A stretch of 64,000 bases of DNA, taken from NCBI GenBank assembly GCA_051942205.1, contig JAVECO010000035.1, forward strand, positions 1-64,000, read 5' to 3'. Position 1 is the stretch's first letter. The number at the start of each line of letters is the position of its first letter. A model generated the notes under the pieces. It was not told the DNA's origin. It did not search any database and was given only the letters and a program-made list of their open reading frames with translations. The stretch is from Coniocarpon cinnabarinum (taxonomy: Eukaryota). This document shows, piece by piece, positions 1-12,645 of this stretch. The position numbers were made by a program, and so were the translations under genes.

Positions 1-1
1 T

Positions 2-703
2 CCCCCTCCACCTTCCTCATCCCAAAGCCAATCCGAACCCCAAACCCAGCTCTTCATCGACTGCTCCACCATCGACCCCCTCACCTCCCGCACCGTCGCG
101 AAAGAAGTCAATGCCCCTTCCAGAACCTTCATCGACGCCCCCATGTCCGGCGGCACCGTCGGCGCGAAAGCAGGCAAACTAACATTCATGCTCGGCTGTC
201 CCTCCGAGCACGTCGATCGCACCACCTCGATCCTCCAAAAAATGGGCCAGCGCATCGTCCATCTCGGCGACCAAGGCGCCGGTCTCGCCGGGAAACTCGC
301 GAATAACTACGCCCTGGCTCTCAACAACATCGCCTGCGCAGAGGCCATGTCTTTAGCCCTTTCCATGGGCTTGGATGCCAAAACTTTCGCGTCGCTGCTG
401 AATACCGCGACGGGACGCAGCTGGCCGAGTGAGGTCAATAACCCCGTCCCTGGGGCGGTGGAGGGCGCGCCGGCGGGGAGGGGATATGAAGGGGGTTTTG
501 CTGTGGGGTTGATGAGGAAGGATTTAGGGCTTGCGATTGCGAGTGCGAAGGAGTTCGGGGTCAGGACCGTGCTTGCGGAGAAGGCGATGCGTGTGTATGA
601 AGAGGCTGCTAGGGATGAGAAGTGCAAAGGGAAAGACTTTAGTGTGGTGTATCGGTGGCTTACGGGGGGTAAGGAAAAGGAAGGCGAGGAGGGTGAAAGT
701 TGA
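2..703 (+). CDS. 3-hydroxyisobutyrate dehydrogenase (5' end lies outside the window)
   Basis: Motifs LFIDCSTIDP, FIDAPMSGGTVGA, KLANN and C-terminal YEGGFAVGLMRKDLGLA are typical of the family; the frame is open from the window edge. Confidence 0.9.
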   Translation, partial: PPPPSSSQSQSEPQTQLFIDCSTIDPLTSRTVAKEVNAPSRTFIDAPMSGGTVGAKAGKLTFMLGCPSEHVDRTTSILQKMGQRIVHLGDQGAGLAGKLANNYALALNNIACAEAMSLALSMGLDAKTFASLLNTATGRSWPSEVNNPVPGAVEGAPAGRGYEGGFAVGLMRKDLGLAIASAKEFGVRTVLAEKAMRVYEEAARDEKCKGKDFSVVYRWLTGGKEKEGEEGES

Positions 704-1195
704 GATGGGTGTGCTGAAGATCGAGTTGTGTGGGATGGGACGGTGTTGTTGGATCTGGAGCCGTAGAGAGATAGAAACAGAGGTTCACAGGGAGGGTAAG
801 CGTTTTAATACTCAGGCATGCACTCAAAGACAAGACGGTCATGGGACTCGGTATATCAACTTGTTCGGTACGAAATGGTCAGGAAAACGGGGGGGTGGTC
901 TTGGTATTACGAGGTCGCATGTTCTCAGCCGCCGTAGTGCGCTGATCTGCCTGCGTATCACAGTCAAGTGAACGGTGACTGCAGTTGAGAGAGATATTCA
1001 TCACGCTAATGAAATAGGTATATCCGGGCTATGTCTAAGGATATGTGCTGAGCATTTCTCTGGAACTCGACGCTCAGAAGCAGCTTCATACAGTACGAAT
1101 GAGTATCGACAACTTCACTTGAAAGATGACCACACCTCCTCCATTACCGATCTTGACGCACCTGTTCTTTCCACTCCTCATCTCACGAATCACGC

Positions 1196-4100
1196 TCATG
1201 ACCCCAACTGCCCCAACACGTCCCTCTCCCCATCAGTGAGATTCCCTCCCGCGTCAGCCAGAACACCACTCCCAACCACACCCCTCAGCCACCTCTCCAA
1301 AAACGCAACCGTCTCCCCATCCACAGTCCCCCTCGTGCTCCCCGCGTCACTGCCTGCAATCTTAAGCAACTCCTCTTCACCCAGATCATCTTCCCAATCG
1401 CTGTCTTCATCACTGCCGTCCTCATCGGCTGCTGCATCTCCCCCTCCCTTGACCAGACCAGGCGTAGACGGCATACCCGCTGTACTCACGCTCGCAGCAG
1501 ATGACAGCTCGTCAACGAGCAGCTTAATAATCTTAATGGGAGCAGAGACACTCGTCCATTGCTCCGGCGGCGCAGCCTTAGCTCGCGACCTCGTCATGAT
1601 CCGTCCCGACGTCTCCGGCGTAACGACCATATCCCCCTTACAAAGAATCGCCTGAAAGCGCGGATCCCGCAGCTCAAACAGCTTCGTCAACGCCACGACA
1701 TTCAGTCGAATATCCTGATATCCCGCTAAAGTGGGCGTCGCGTCGTTAAGCCAAACGGGCACCACGACATCGAGGCCTGTCTTTTGAGCGGCTGGATTCT
1801 GCGGGTCAGGCACACTGACGGAACAGAGGAAGTCGACGACTTCCTTGGCGGAGTGCGAGACGGCGAGGCGCGCGAAGACCATGACGAGGGATTGGACGAG
1901 GGCGGCTTTTTCGGCGGTGGCGACCCTGTTGGCCATGCCGGTCAGAAGGGGCATGAGGTAGGATCCGAGTTGCTGGGGGCCGACGTGCTCGATGAGCGCA
2001 GCCGCGAGGGAGCCGACCTCTTCGGAGGCGATGTCGCTGCCCAGAGACGGAGAGAGGAGACGATCAACGACCTGGAGAACGATCTCGAGGCCTGGTTTGC
2101 CAGATGGAGCGGTGGCGACAGAACCGGGAGCGACGGCGGCGGGTTGCGTGTAGGCAAGCACTTGTGGCGTGTCGTGGGTCAGGATATTTTTTAGGGCTAA
2201 AGTGCACGATTTGAGGAGTTCATCGTCGGTGTTGTTAAGGAGGAGTAAAGAGAGCTTGGGCATGACTGCTGCGACGAAACCCGGCGGAAGAGGCGTAGGT
2301 GCGTGCGACGTCAAAGAGGTAAGTAAATCGGCAGCGAGCGAGCTGAGAGCGTTCTCTTCGGTCATTTCGCCAACGTCGAATGCGCCCGTGATAGATGGCA
2401 GGACCTTTTGGCAAAGCTGCGTGTACGCCTCCGATCCGAGAGGCGAGATGGTTCCACAGATTTCCTCGAAAGTCTCAGAGACGAGGTTCGTGATTTGGAA
2501 ATTCTCCGCGCCGTTACTAACAACGCTGAAGAGGACGTTGAGGCCGTCGCCGGTTAAGCAGATGCGCGTGTCAAGCGTAATGACATCGCGAAGGCTCTCG
2601 ACAAGTGTAAACAGGAGCTCGTCGGATTCGCTGAGGTCCTCCAGCTGCTTTGATGAGAGCCAGGTGGACAGGGCGTTGATGATGGGGGCTTGTAGGGGCA
2701 AAGTCGCATCCCTAGGCAAGACTTGAAGATAATTCTGAATGGCGCGCACACAAGACGCTTGGACAACTTCAGAATCGTCGCCGTGGATACTTTGTAGGTT
2801 GGCCTGCATCAGCTCTGACGCTCTCATCTTTGCTGTCCCATCCTCAGAGCCTCTCAAGAGGGTGCTAATGACCAGGAACGCTCGAGCGCGCAGAAACGGA
2901 TTTGAGGAGGTACGGACTCCTTGAGCAATAGTGAGGAAACTTTCGCTGAGCTGATTCCCGATTTTTCGCTCGAAATCCTGCCAATCGGTGAGTGTCTGGT
3001 CCAGCATAAAGAGTCCCGCTTCTTGCTGGCGCCATGGCTCCTCTCCTGTGTCTCGAAGGGTTTCATGCAACTGCAGGAGCAATATCTCCAGCAATCGTTC
3101 CCTCAGCCACTCGCCCAGCTTCACAACTAAGTCACCGCACGCAGTTCTTGCAGTGTAGTTTGCGGTGACGCTGGTTTCCTCGGCGAGAAACACATTGACA
3201 TCAATCTCCCACATGCCTTCTTCTTCGCCAGTGATCTGAGCATATCCCACAATCAGCCTTAAGAAGCCTGCTAGCCAGCTTTGCGCCATGTCTTGAGTTT
3301 CGTTGAGCTGCCTCTCCAGTTCTTTTCGAACCGGCGGTGCACGCAAACAGCCTTGCATGAAATCTAAGTCTTCGAGCACCAGGAAATCCATGCTGTAGGG
3401 CAGGCCATCCGCATCCTCCAGTCTACTCTGATCCTCCCGGCCGTCTTGGATGTACTTTGCTTGGTACACTGGTAGTAAACGTGTCAATTCATCCCAGATA
3501 GACGAGAACAGTGCAGGGCTGCGTGGGGAGAGAATCGAAGAGAATTGAGTTCGTATCGTGATGAGTAACCTAGAGACTTGTACCTTGAGCGCGATCATGC
3601 CGCGATAATGATCCAAAGGTCCGCCCTCCCTGTCGTCAGAATCGTCAGGCCATTCTGGCTGGATTGGTAGAGGGGTTTTGATGATATTGAGTATCAGGTC
3701 GATCCAATTACCCAAGCTTTCATCCACGAATTTCTTGATCTCAGCTTTATGGTCCTCCAAGACCACTTGCAGAGTGTTGAAGCATTCCTTGAAGATGCCC
3801 ACGGCCAAGGCACGCAGCTTTGGCCTTCTCTGCTCGTTGGAGGCAACCGTGTAAATATCATTGACCAGTTCTTGGGCGATCGGAAAAAATTGCGCCTCGT
3901 CAAGACCGTCGGCCACTAACTCGGCCAGTACCTTCAGAGTGCCATGTAACCTTGCATCGGGAGGATTTGCCCGCAAAATACCCAGAAGCGTTTGCAACAG
4001 GTCCGGCCATTGGTCCGGATAGTCAGCATTGGCAATCTTGGACACGGCCAGGCTCGCCGCACTCTGAATTTTACGGTCTATGGGGGTTTCAGTGGTGGAG

Positions 4101-4402
4101 AGCTCCAGCAGCGACGACCGCACACGGGACTTGGTCTCGTCATCGATGGGTGCCGCTGCTTTGAATTCATCGAACTCTGGTGACCAGCCTGCGAGGACAT
4201 AGTTTTTAAGGTTGAGCAAGGCCGCTTGTCGATTGGAGAGGTCGACGGTGGAGTCAGAAGCGATTGAGACTAGCGTCAATGGCAGCTCTGGATCAGCATA
4301 CAGTTCCCGCAGACGCTCCTCAGCCTGATTGCGGACAACATAGGCGCCAGCTTGCGTGTCTCCAAGGAGAATCTCCAGCTCTTTCTCCTTGCTGAACAAC
4401 AT
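1196..4402 (-). CDS. Importin-beta family karyopherin, importin-9/Kap114-like
   Basis: Intronless ~1068-aa HEAT-like ORF with an IBN_N-type start (VRNQAEERL, NRQAALLNLKNYV, IANADYPDQWPDLL) and a C-terminal RIMTRSRAK..PEQWTSVSAPIKIIKLLVDEL segment plus acidic loop; first ATG at 4402. Confidence 0.85.
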   Translation of the reverse strand: MLFSKEKELEILLGDTQAGAYVVRNQAEERLRELYADPELPLTLVSIASDSTVDLSNRQAALLNLKNYVLAGWSPEFDEFKAAAPIDDETKSRVRSSLLELSTTETPIDRKIQSAASLAVSKIANADYPDQWPDLLQTLLGILRANPPDARLHGTLKVLAELVADGLDEAQFFPIAQELVNDIYTVASNEQRRPKLRALAVGIFKECFNTLQVVLEDHKAEIKKFVDESLGNWIDLILNIIKTPLPIQPEWPDDSDDREGGPLDHYRGMIALKVQVSRLLITIRTQFSSILSPRSPALFSSIWDELTRLLPVYQAKYIQDGREDQSRLEDADGLPYSMDFLVLEDLDFMQGCLRAPPVRKELERQLNETQDMAQSWLAGFLRLIVGYAQITGEEEGMWEIDVNVFLAEETSVTANYTARTACGDLVVKLGEWLRERLLEILLLQLHETLRDTGEEPWRQQEAGLFMLDQTLTDWQDFERKIGNQLSESFLTIAQGVRTSSNPFLRARAFLVISTLLRGSEDGTAKMRASELMQANLQSIHGDDSEVVQASCVRAIQNYLQVLPRDATLPLQAPIINALSTWLSSKQLEDLSESDELLFTLVESLRDVITLDTRICLTGDGLNVLFSVVSNGAENFQITNLVSETFEEICGTISPLGSEAYTQLCQKVLPSITGAFDVGEMTEENALSSLAADLLTSLTSHAPTPLPPGFVAAVMPKLSLLLLNNTDDELLKSCTLALKNILTHDTPQVLAYTQPAAVAPGSVATAPSGKPGLEIVLQVVDRLLSPSLGSDIASEEVGSLAAALIEHVGPQQLGSYLMPLLTGMANRVATAEKAALVQSLVMVFARLAVSHSAKEVVDFLCSVSVPDPQNPAAQKTGLDVVVPVWLNDATPTLAGYQDIRLNVVALTKLFELRDPRFQAILCKGDMVVTPETSGRIMTRSRAKAAPPEQWTSVSAPIKIIKLLVDELSSAASVSTAGMPSTPGLVKGGGDAAADEDGSDEDSDWEDDLGEEELLKIAGSDAGSTRGTVDGETVAFLERWLRGVVGSGVLADAGGNLTDGERDVLGQLGS

Positions 4403-4471
4403 GGTCACGGACCAAGCTTGGTGGTGGAGAAGCTAGGGCGCAATGGGAAGATTAATGAATTTTGTCTGGAG

Positions 4472-4488
4472 ACGCGACTTTGACGCGT
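4472..4488. promoter_or_regulatory. MCB-like boxes (ACGCGA, ACGCGT) in the 220-bp divergent importin/REV7 promoter
   Basis: Motifs at 4472-4477 and 4483-4488, upstream of a DNA-repair gene. Confidence 0.4.
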
Positions 4489-4622
4489 CGTGGGAAGTGA
4501 CGTATTATTGACCATTCAGGTACCTACGCATCTTTTTTGGTGCTCCTTCACCTAAGTCATATCAGACCCCGCCCTCCCCTCTTACCGTTATCTGTACCCG
4601 TAGCACTACTGCACCTGCTCTC

Positions 4623-5429
4623 ATGGCACGTCCCACGTTCAACGCCCTCATCTCTCACCTCACGTACTTCCTCACAGTCGCCTTCCACACCATCCTCGCC
4701 GAGCGACACTGCTATCCCTCCAACTCCTTCATCACCGCCCGCGCCTACAATCTTCCCGTCAAGCAATCCCGGCACCCCGACGTCTGCGCCTGGATCCAGG
4801 ACGCCATCGCAGCCATCCACGCAGAACTCATCAAGGGCACCGCTGCGCGCGTCGTCCTCGCCATCGCCAGTCTCGACTCTGAACAAATCCTAGAGCGCTA
4901 CGTCTTTGATTTGACGCGCCTCCCTAAGGTGCCCAAAGAGGAGATCGATACGCCTATCATCTGGGAGAGCCCTGGCGCTCGCAACAGCGACTCATCGGGC
5001 TATCCGGCGAACGAGAACACCGGGCAGAAGAAAGAACAAGACCCCGCTGCACCTGGCGGGCCCCACGAACACGACCTCGTCGATTTGACGGAGCAGCTGC
5101 GAGGTGCACTCGCCAGCATCTCGGTTGGTCGACGGAGGCTACGGCCGATTCCAGAAGGGTGCCCATTTACAGTCGCGATCGAGCTAAAGGATGAGGCCGA
5201 TCCGCCGATAGGGCATCCCCAGCCATGGGTTCCCGTGCAGCCGAATTTGCAGAGAATGAAGGGCGGTCATCGAAGTGGAGAAAATGTGGATGATCAAGTC
5301 GAGGCTCAGGAGACAAACCTTGGCAAGGATCTCGGCGGGCAGAGGACGGTGCCGATGAGGGCGGTCGAGGCAGAGGGTTTGGGCTTTGAGCTGTGGGTCG
5401 AGGAGGGAGCTGCAAAGGGCGAGGGATAA
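4623..5429 (+). CDS. REV7: HORMA-domain protein, DNA polymerase zeta subunit Rev7/Mad2L2
   Basis: FLTVAFHTILAERHCYP..F..ARAYNLPVKQSRHPDVCAWI, LERYVFDL and PEGCPFTVAIEL are characteristic of fungal Rev7. Confidence 0.85.
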   Translation: MARPTFNALISHLTYFLTVAFHTILAERHCYPSNSFITARAYNLPVKQSRHPDVCAWIQDAIAAIHAELIKGTAARVVLAIASLDSEQILERYVFDLTRLPKVPKEEIDTPIIWESPGARNSDSSGYPANENTGQKKEQDPAAPGGPHEHDLVDLTEQLRGALASISVGRRRLRPIPEGCPFTVAIELKDEADPPIGHPQPWVPVQPNLQRMKGGHRSGENVDDQVEAQETNLGKDLGGQRTVPMRAVEAEGLGFELWVEEGAAKGEG

Positions 5430-5733
5430 AAACATGAATGGTCAGGCTATCCAATGGAAATGGTAGCTCGTTGGGCTACGGACTTTCACTTTTCCCTCAC
5501 AAATGCTTCGGCGCTTGCCTACCCATCCCGTCGCATGTTTTTTTTGCATTCCCAACGCCGTCTTCGTTGTTACATCATTATACTCGTTACATGGTCATTA
5601 AGTCTGCCACCCCCGGTTCAACGCCGAGCAATGCATTGGATTTTCGCCCCGCTTCCAGGAGTAGTCGTGTCATTCAGTATACACAAATAGCTCCTCGGCA
5701 CGTCGAAGGGTGACGTGTCGCTTTGCTATCATG

Positions 5734-8156
5734 TTACTCATACCTGTGAGGGTAAGAGGTCGGGTAGCCCGCTTCGAGGCTCAAACCCAGACCTCCTCCG
5801 CCAGAATGCCTGGGCTGACCAACATCGGCGGTTTGATCTGGACTAACATAGAAGCCTTGCCAGGTCGGGGGCAATTTTTGTTGATACAGAGGATTTACGA
5901 TTCCCGGAGGCGGCACCTGCGGTGGGGAACTCTGCTGTTGGCCAGCGCCGTTCATGCCTCCCCTCGCAGAAGGTTGCGAGACTTGAGTTCGCTGCGAGGC
6001 CAGCGAGGCGTCCCGCTGATGCTGCTGGTTGCGCTTCCAGTTCTGCACTTCCGCATACTGATCGAATTGGTACTGTGGACTTGGCTGTCCGCCCCCAAAA
6101 CCTAGGGTGGCACCGATGAGACCTGAGCTTGGGAAGCCACCCATAAGGCTGTCACCACCACTCGGCAAGCCCCCAGAAGCGTTTGCAGCAGCCGCGGCTG
6201 TAGTAGTCTGCATTTGTCGAGGACTTATAGCCGAGGGCGGAGGAGCATTGATACCGTTGAGGGTCGCGCTGATCTCATTTGGAGACCACTTCCACTTAGT
6301 CATAAGGTCTTCGGGAATGAAGTTGATGCGCCAACCCGTGTCTTTGTGAATCCGTGTGAAGATTGACAAAACTTCTTCCTGCTCACGACGGATGACCAGG
6401 CATTCAGCTGCATGGTGGAGGCAGCGAAGAGCAATCGATGCTACGCCCCGGTCTTTGACATGAGCAACAATTCCGCAAATCTGGTGCGCGTGGTACGACT
6501 CCAGTTCTGAAAGATCCGAGGGAGATGGCGAGGGCATGTTCTGTGGAGCTGGATATGGTGAGCCACTGGGAGTTGCCATTGGATTTATCTGGGCCAGAAG
6601 AACCATAGCATTGTGATAGAGCAGTCGACCGACTACGGAGGTTCGCTTGATGATCCAGATATCCGGGAAGCAAGAACGAGAATCGTGCTGCCAAGGGTGC
6701 ATATACGCGACCGGCTTCATCGTACGAGGCGAGTTCTCATCCCATGCATCAGCGAGCGACTTGAGATGATACCATTCTGTCAGTCGTGCGTTCCGTTGAG
6801 CTTGCTCGTGTTCTGGTGAGGCATTGGGACGCTTCGGGATAGTGGCACGAAAGTCGTTGATCTTTGCAATGATATAGAGCATTCGCAGAGTCCATGACTC
6901 CTCGCGCCCGGTCATCGTCTCCATCGAGAGGTCCAGGTCGAGGCCCCATTCATCAGGTTTCCAAGATGACTGCCAATTGAAACGAAGATTGCTCAGTGTC
7001 TCCAGGCCGACATTGAGCCAGAAACAAGCAGATCCAATGCCGGTCGAGCGTGCACTCCATCCACACTCCTTGATCAACGCTCGTGCGCCGGCAATGTGAT
7101 TCATACGTGGCAAAGCCTTTTCGGTCATGATTTCGTACACGTTGAGAATGACCGCAGTTGTGGCACAGATGACGGAATCACGATTGGGATTTTGTAAGGC
7201 CCTCAACAGAAGGCGAGAGGCCAGGTCATAATACTCAAGAGCTCGGTTGTCCTCTTTCAAAAAGTGTCCAGGATTGACCAGGGTCAGATGCCGAGAGCCA
7301 CAGGCAAGAAACGCGTTGAGAAGCATGGGCTCACGGAGCGCGTGAAACGGCATGATGCGTGAGAACTTGTTGCTCTTTAGTTGGCGCGCTAAAGCACAGC
7401 AAGAGGTTGACTCACATGCTTCATATTGTCCATGCTATCCATCCACGCGCCCACCTCTTCTACGAATACCTGCATGTAGAGCGTCTCCTGAGGATTGTCG
7501 AGGATCTCCCGGGGACCTTGCTGACTTTCCTGCTCGTGAGCATTGCCGTTCGTATGCGTGTATGCTTGATGATGGTGGAGCACTAGACTCGGGTGCCTCA
7601 GTTGGGCAGACTGCGGATGCTGTGATCCACCGCTGTCTGGGTGCGGTTGTGGTGGCTCTTCGTAGAAATTACTTGGCGCATGCTGCTGATCTTGCGCTTG
7701 ATCCACCCCTTGTATTGATGGTAGAGACTGATGGGCAAGGGCTGGAGCGTTGGGGACATTGTCGGTGAACTCGTATGCCATGGCGTCTTCGTTGTCAGGC
7801 ATGGTGTCTGGTTCGACCGCAGCGTATCGGGCGAGTCCGTTCTGGTATTCAGAGGCAATCTCGCGAGAATCGTCCTGGAAGGCGACGTGCCAGTCCTCTT
7901 GCGGGGCGGAGAGAGGTGGGGGTCTGATCTGCGTGTCGATGAAGTTGAGGCGCACACCTCGTTTGCACTCTCGGCCAGACTTGCGACAATTCAGACAAGT
8001 GGGCTGGGCCTCGTCACATTTCAGATGTCGTTCGCGGCACGTCAGACACCCCGTCCGGACCCTCCTAGGTTTGGCGACGGCGACGGCGACGGCGCGGTTT
8101 AAAGGCTGCGTGAGGGCGTCATTAGTCACTTGGTCCGCCTCTTCGAACGCAGCCAT
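5734..8156 (-). CDS. Zn(II)2Cys6 transcription factor with fungal-specific TF domain (2 exons, intron ~7366-7415)
   Basis: RTGCLTCRERHLKCDEAQPTCLNCRKSGREC cluster; a GTGAGT...AAG intron joins MKH to FSRIMPFHAL in frame; first ATG at 8156. Confidence 0.88.
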
Positions 8157-9045
8157 GGGCGCCGATGGCCGAGGGTCGGGGGCAGAGAGCCCGCGATCGC
8201 TTTGTCCCACCAGGGCGTGTCGTGGGCGGCGGAAGGGATGGATCTATGCAACTATCAGGAAGCTTGCGCGGCTTGCAACCCTCGCCGCTCACATGGCCAG
8301 AGCAGGGAGAAGGTCGAGCCGGCGAGGGATCTGCTACAATGCGGCGACGCGGACAGGGGCGATGATCATGACAGACGTCACCGCGGTGATCAACAGGCGG
8401 AAGAGCAGGCGAGGCAGGTGGAGTGTCATTGGACAAAGAGAGAGATTGTGCGTGTCGAGGCTGGAGCAAGGGATCTGCAATGGCGTGGTGGGCTTCGGCA
8501 AAGGCCCGCCAGACGAGAGGGGCACCAGGTACTGTATTGATATTCGGTATCCAAGTCTACTACTGCTGTTGTATTGCTGGGCGACGGCAATCACACTGGC
8601 AGCAGCCTGTCTGAACATTGAGCGAAAGGGCTTCCTGTGCATTGTCATGCGAAAACGAACACCTCCCAACCTGACGTCGCCAATTCTTGCTCCAGCCACG
8701 GCTCTGACGTCCAGCCACCGGGTTGCAGCGGGCTCAATGGCTGCACACATCAACTCTTGCCGACATACCCGTTGGTTCACAGGTTCTCAGGAAATTGCAC
8801 GCGAGAAAGCGCCCGCCCGGATGGCTCTTACGCCGGCGGGTGTCAGGGCAGCGTGGTGAACGACGGGCGGACCATGCCTTAGCCTTTCCCAAACCCTGCT
8901 CGCTTGACAGGCCTTGCCCGCGCCCCGCGGTTTCAGGCAGGGTGACGCCTGTCGCTGGGGATGTCTTGAAAGACCGCAAAATTGGAAGGAAGTTCACTTG
9001 TGCAAATCTACGAGGCAGCTTTGCAGGACGGTATTTGAACATGCA

Positions 9046-10879
9046 TCATATCTGCTGTGATCCTATCTCTTCTGGTTGCTGGTGGGTCCGCGAAGCTTGC
9101 TGCTTGCTTGTGGAAGCAGCAGATACAACCAGCACCGGCGGACTTTGATTTTGAGAAGCTCTCAGGGGAAGTTCATCTATCCCTGCTTCAAGGGTCTTCT
9201 TCGCCTCTGCATCTTCGTGCAGAGCATCCTCAGCATTTCGACGAGAGCCTGGAGCTTCGCTGGGATCTGTGACAGGCACTGTTGGCAGCGAGGTGCTTGT
9301 TGATGGAGCCTCGGGCAAGGTGCCTGCCTGAGGTGCGCCTTCTCGCTGTTTGGCACCGTGTTCCTCTTTTTGCGACGGCTGGCTGTCCATCAACAATGCT
9401 TCGAACTCCTCTTCGATATTCTCATCGTTGATCTCTGCTTCCGCGTCCTGTTGCAATATTCTCCCAATCTCTTCATTGTCTGCTTTGGCATCCGCAAGTC
9501 GGTCCATGATTTCTGCCACGCGCTCCGGTCCTCCAATCTGCTTGTTAAGATCTTCAAGCACGCCAGCGCTGGCTTCCATGGCTTTGGTCATTTCCAGATT
9601 AGTGACAGCATCGTCGATGGAAGTCAGCGTTTTCTCCACCTGCGTTTGGCAGTCCAGACGTCTTTGAAGGGTGCTTTCAAGGCCTTTTCTTTGCCGGAGG
9701 AAGGCAAGAGCACGATTCTTCTCAAACGATGAAGAAGAGGAGTTTGGGATCACAGCCCTGATTGACGCGTTCAGCTGATCAACCCGATGCTCTAGCGTGC
9801 TGACTTGCTGCGAAAGTTCATAGCTCAGAGTCTTGAGCGAAGCTATGGTGATGTCCTGTTGCGTGGTAGGCAGTGGAGATGCGTCACTGGACGGGTGTCG
9901 AAACTTAATCACTAATTGCTCATTGGTGTCTTCAGAGGTTGTACTGGAAGTGTATACTGGTCTGGACAGTGACACTGCATTTTGGTCTCGTGACAGAAAC
10001 GTTAACAGCGCCGCAATATCAACAGATGACAGCGGCGGTCCATCAGGTAGAATGGATGCGAAAGCAGCTGTGAAGGTACGAAGTGAGTATACCTGAGAAG
10101 ACGAAGTTGAAGCTTGATCGCCAGCGCGGCGCAGGACGAGGTTGGAGGCTTCCTATACGTTTGCGAAGTTAGCGGCTGCCATTACCATCAGTGCGCCGTA
10201 CTTGCATACCTCGAGGTTTTTCAGCGCGACAAATTCACCGTTTGGTAGTTGGGTGGTTCGGCTAGAGAGAATGCCGATTTGTGAAAATACCCATCTTGCA
10301 ACGTCATATGGCGTGGGTATCGAAATAGACGGAATCCAGCTCCTCCGTATGCTAGCAGGCGGTACTAAGCGTTCTTTGCTCTCCAGAAATGAGCGTAATG
10401 GAATCAGGTATCCATTGATAGTAGCCTCGTTCTGAGAGCGAGGTGTAAGCTTTGAGTCTTCAATTATGTCTCCGAACATGCCGACGTACTTACTAGTACG
10501 GCCCCGAGTGCCAATGGCTGTCCGAGGTCTTTTCCCTCGAGTTGCCTAGCGAGTTCTTCGCCAGTCTTTATTACAAGTGTGCAAGCCTGCTTTTCGCCGG
10601 ATACAGGGTCAGTTGGAGCAGGTGTCAGCCCAGCTCGGCACGCATCTTGAAGCGCTGATCGCCACGCGAGAACATTCGCATTGAAGCCGTCTGGGTTGGT
10701 ATCTTTCAGAAGTGCAAAGTCGGAATACAGTGACGCCAGACGCGTGCGACTAAACGGTGTTCAAGTCAGCCTCGTTGACGCAAAAAGGCTTTGGTGAGAA
10801 TGGCATGTCTTTGCGGGCTGTCACAATACCTTCTGAAGTCTTTCTCATGCTCCAATATGAATTGAAGCAGTTCGCTCAT
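9046..10879 (-). CDS. Snf7-family ESCRT protein, CHMP7/Cmp7-like (multi-exon)
   Basis: N-terminal MSELLQFIL, then RLASLYSDF...NPDGFNANVLAW, and a C-terminal Snf7 coiled coil (IGGPERVAEIMDRL, IEEEFEAL); several GT-AG introns. Confidence 0.8.
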
Positions 10880-11274
10880 GGCGAGACTTCGCAATCTCTT
10901 GGGCCGCGAGCTGGGTGGTGAGCACGGCGAGACGCGCCGCTTGCGCGATGATGTCAGATCACATGACTCGCCGCACAGCAATCTGAAACTTGGCCTTCTC
11001 GCGTGTGTTTGAGTCTTCATCTCGACACGTCTGCTGCTTCCCCTGGATGGGGCGAAGACGCTCTGACTAAAATCCGCGTGAAAGTACTAAAGAAAACAAC
11101 TTGCACTTCTAAAGACTACACGATGATCCGTGTGGCTTACACTTGCCGCCAAATGCCTCTAGGTGGCTCTTCACCTCCAATGGCCCCTATGATGTATGCT
11201 GTTGACGTTTTGCTTGTTACCTGTCATCATTGGGCCTGATATATTCCGAACTTGGCCCGTCTGAGTACCTTTGA

Positions 11275-11916
11275 ATGGCAGATACAGTAAGTACAGCTGT
11301 GACTGAGACAAAAATGAACCCCGACATCTTCTTGCACATCCTCGAGTGGGCACCGCCCGACACCCTGAGTTCCGTATGTAGGGCTTCGCGCGATGCTCGC
11401 AATCTTGCAACACCCCTTCTTTACAAATCCGTGAATTTCACCGTTGATGCGGAGCTTCCATCAGATGAATCATCGAATGACAATACCGACCTGGTTATTC
11501 AAAAACAGCAACGCTTCCTCGACACAATGTCTCAACGACCAGAGTATCGTAGACTTGTGAGGCAATTTGCATGGACAGCTGGCTTGCTACGCGACTCGCG
11601 GGAGGACGAGCTGCGGGAAGAACTTCCTTACGTGTCGCCAGAGCTCCATCTGTTCGAGTCGCTGCAATCAGTCAAGGACGTCTCAATCCAATCAACGATT
11701 CCCTGGGTAGAGATGAACCCTGATGCCGCCAACGCCCTGGCATCATCCGAATGCGACGCCTTGTTTCCGGCAGCTAGCTCTGTAGACATTGGTGGGCGCA
11801 TGAATGACACACTGGCACGAACAATGCTACAAAGGAAGCGGCGAGATTCATTAAGGTCACTGCGCGTTGACGATCATTTAGAGGGGAATGATTCCTCGGA
11901 TAACGATGAATGCTGA
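11275..11916 (+). CDS. F-box-like hypothetical protein, possibly truncated or with unresolved 3' exons
   Basis: MNPDIFLHILEW.PPDTLSSVCRASR..RNLATPLLYKSV resembles a fungal F-box start, followed by FLDTMSQRPEYRRLVRQF. Confidence 0.5.
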   Translation: MADTVSTAVTETKMNPDIFLHILEWAPPDTLSSVCRASRDARNLATPLLYKSVNFTVDAELPSDESSNDNTDLVIQKQQRFLDTMSQRPEYRRLVRQFAWTAGLLRDSREDELREELPYVSPELHLFESLQSVKDVSIQSTIPWVEMNPDAANALASSECDALFPAASSVDIGGRMNDTLARTMLQRKRRDSLRSLRVDDHLEGNDSSDNDEC

Positions 11917-12645
11917 ACAATACATTCGAAACTCTTCCTCCATGTCCACTTTGACAAGGACATGGCTAGCTTAATATCAAAAATCGACACAGACCCCGAG
12001 ACCAGCATGTGCTGTGGCTGAATGTAGAAAAGGTGATTAGGTAAAGTGGATTGAGACGGTCTTCCGGTGCGTGTCTTCACAGGGGCAACTTGACGCTGTT
12101 GAAGGGCCACAAGAGGGGAACGATTGTGCATGGTAAGGAGCATGTGCTGCGTTGGGGAGATGTAGGTGGCGAGGTGCGGTGTCTGGTATGGGATTCAGCA
12201 ATTGCAGAAGGCAGCATTATATCAGACGAGCTTTGCCTGAGGTGGGTATGCAACCTATCATGGCACTGTGGGTAACTGAAAGTTTCTCAGCGGACAGGCA
12301 GACTGAAGGAGGCTGTCGTTCCGGGAAAGTCAAGCTGCAGGCCACACCGCCACACCGCCCCGTTGAATTTAGATTGAGTTCCGCCTACGGAGTACCGCGC
12401 GCCAGGCGGCGAAACGGCCCCCTGTGTCCACATGCCCGTGACCGCTCGTTGACAGCTTGCCTGACGTGCTTACCTTCTCACCTCCAGCTCTCACTGCCAC
12501 ACGGCCCACTGCCGCCATCTTCTTGCATTCTTTTCCCCAGCTTCTCGCCATGGCTTTCACCAACCCCTCTGAGGTGCGTCTCTCAGCATCGTGGAGGCGA
12601 GTGGAGACCCCCGTTGGAACTATACCGTTTCAAATCTAGTCCCAA

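Noticed and set aside
975..1655. 226-aa Ser/Pro-rich ORF
   Set aside because: Largely an antisense shadow of the importin 3' end.
7750..8859. 369-aa + strand ORF
   Set aside because: Antisense to the Zn2Cys6 gene and its GC-rich upstream region; no motifs.
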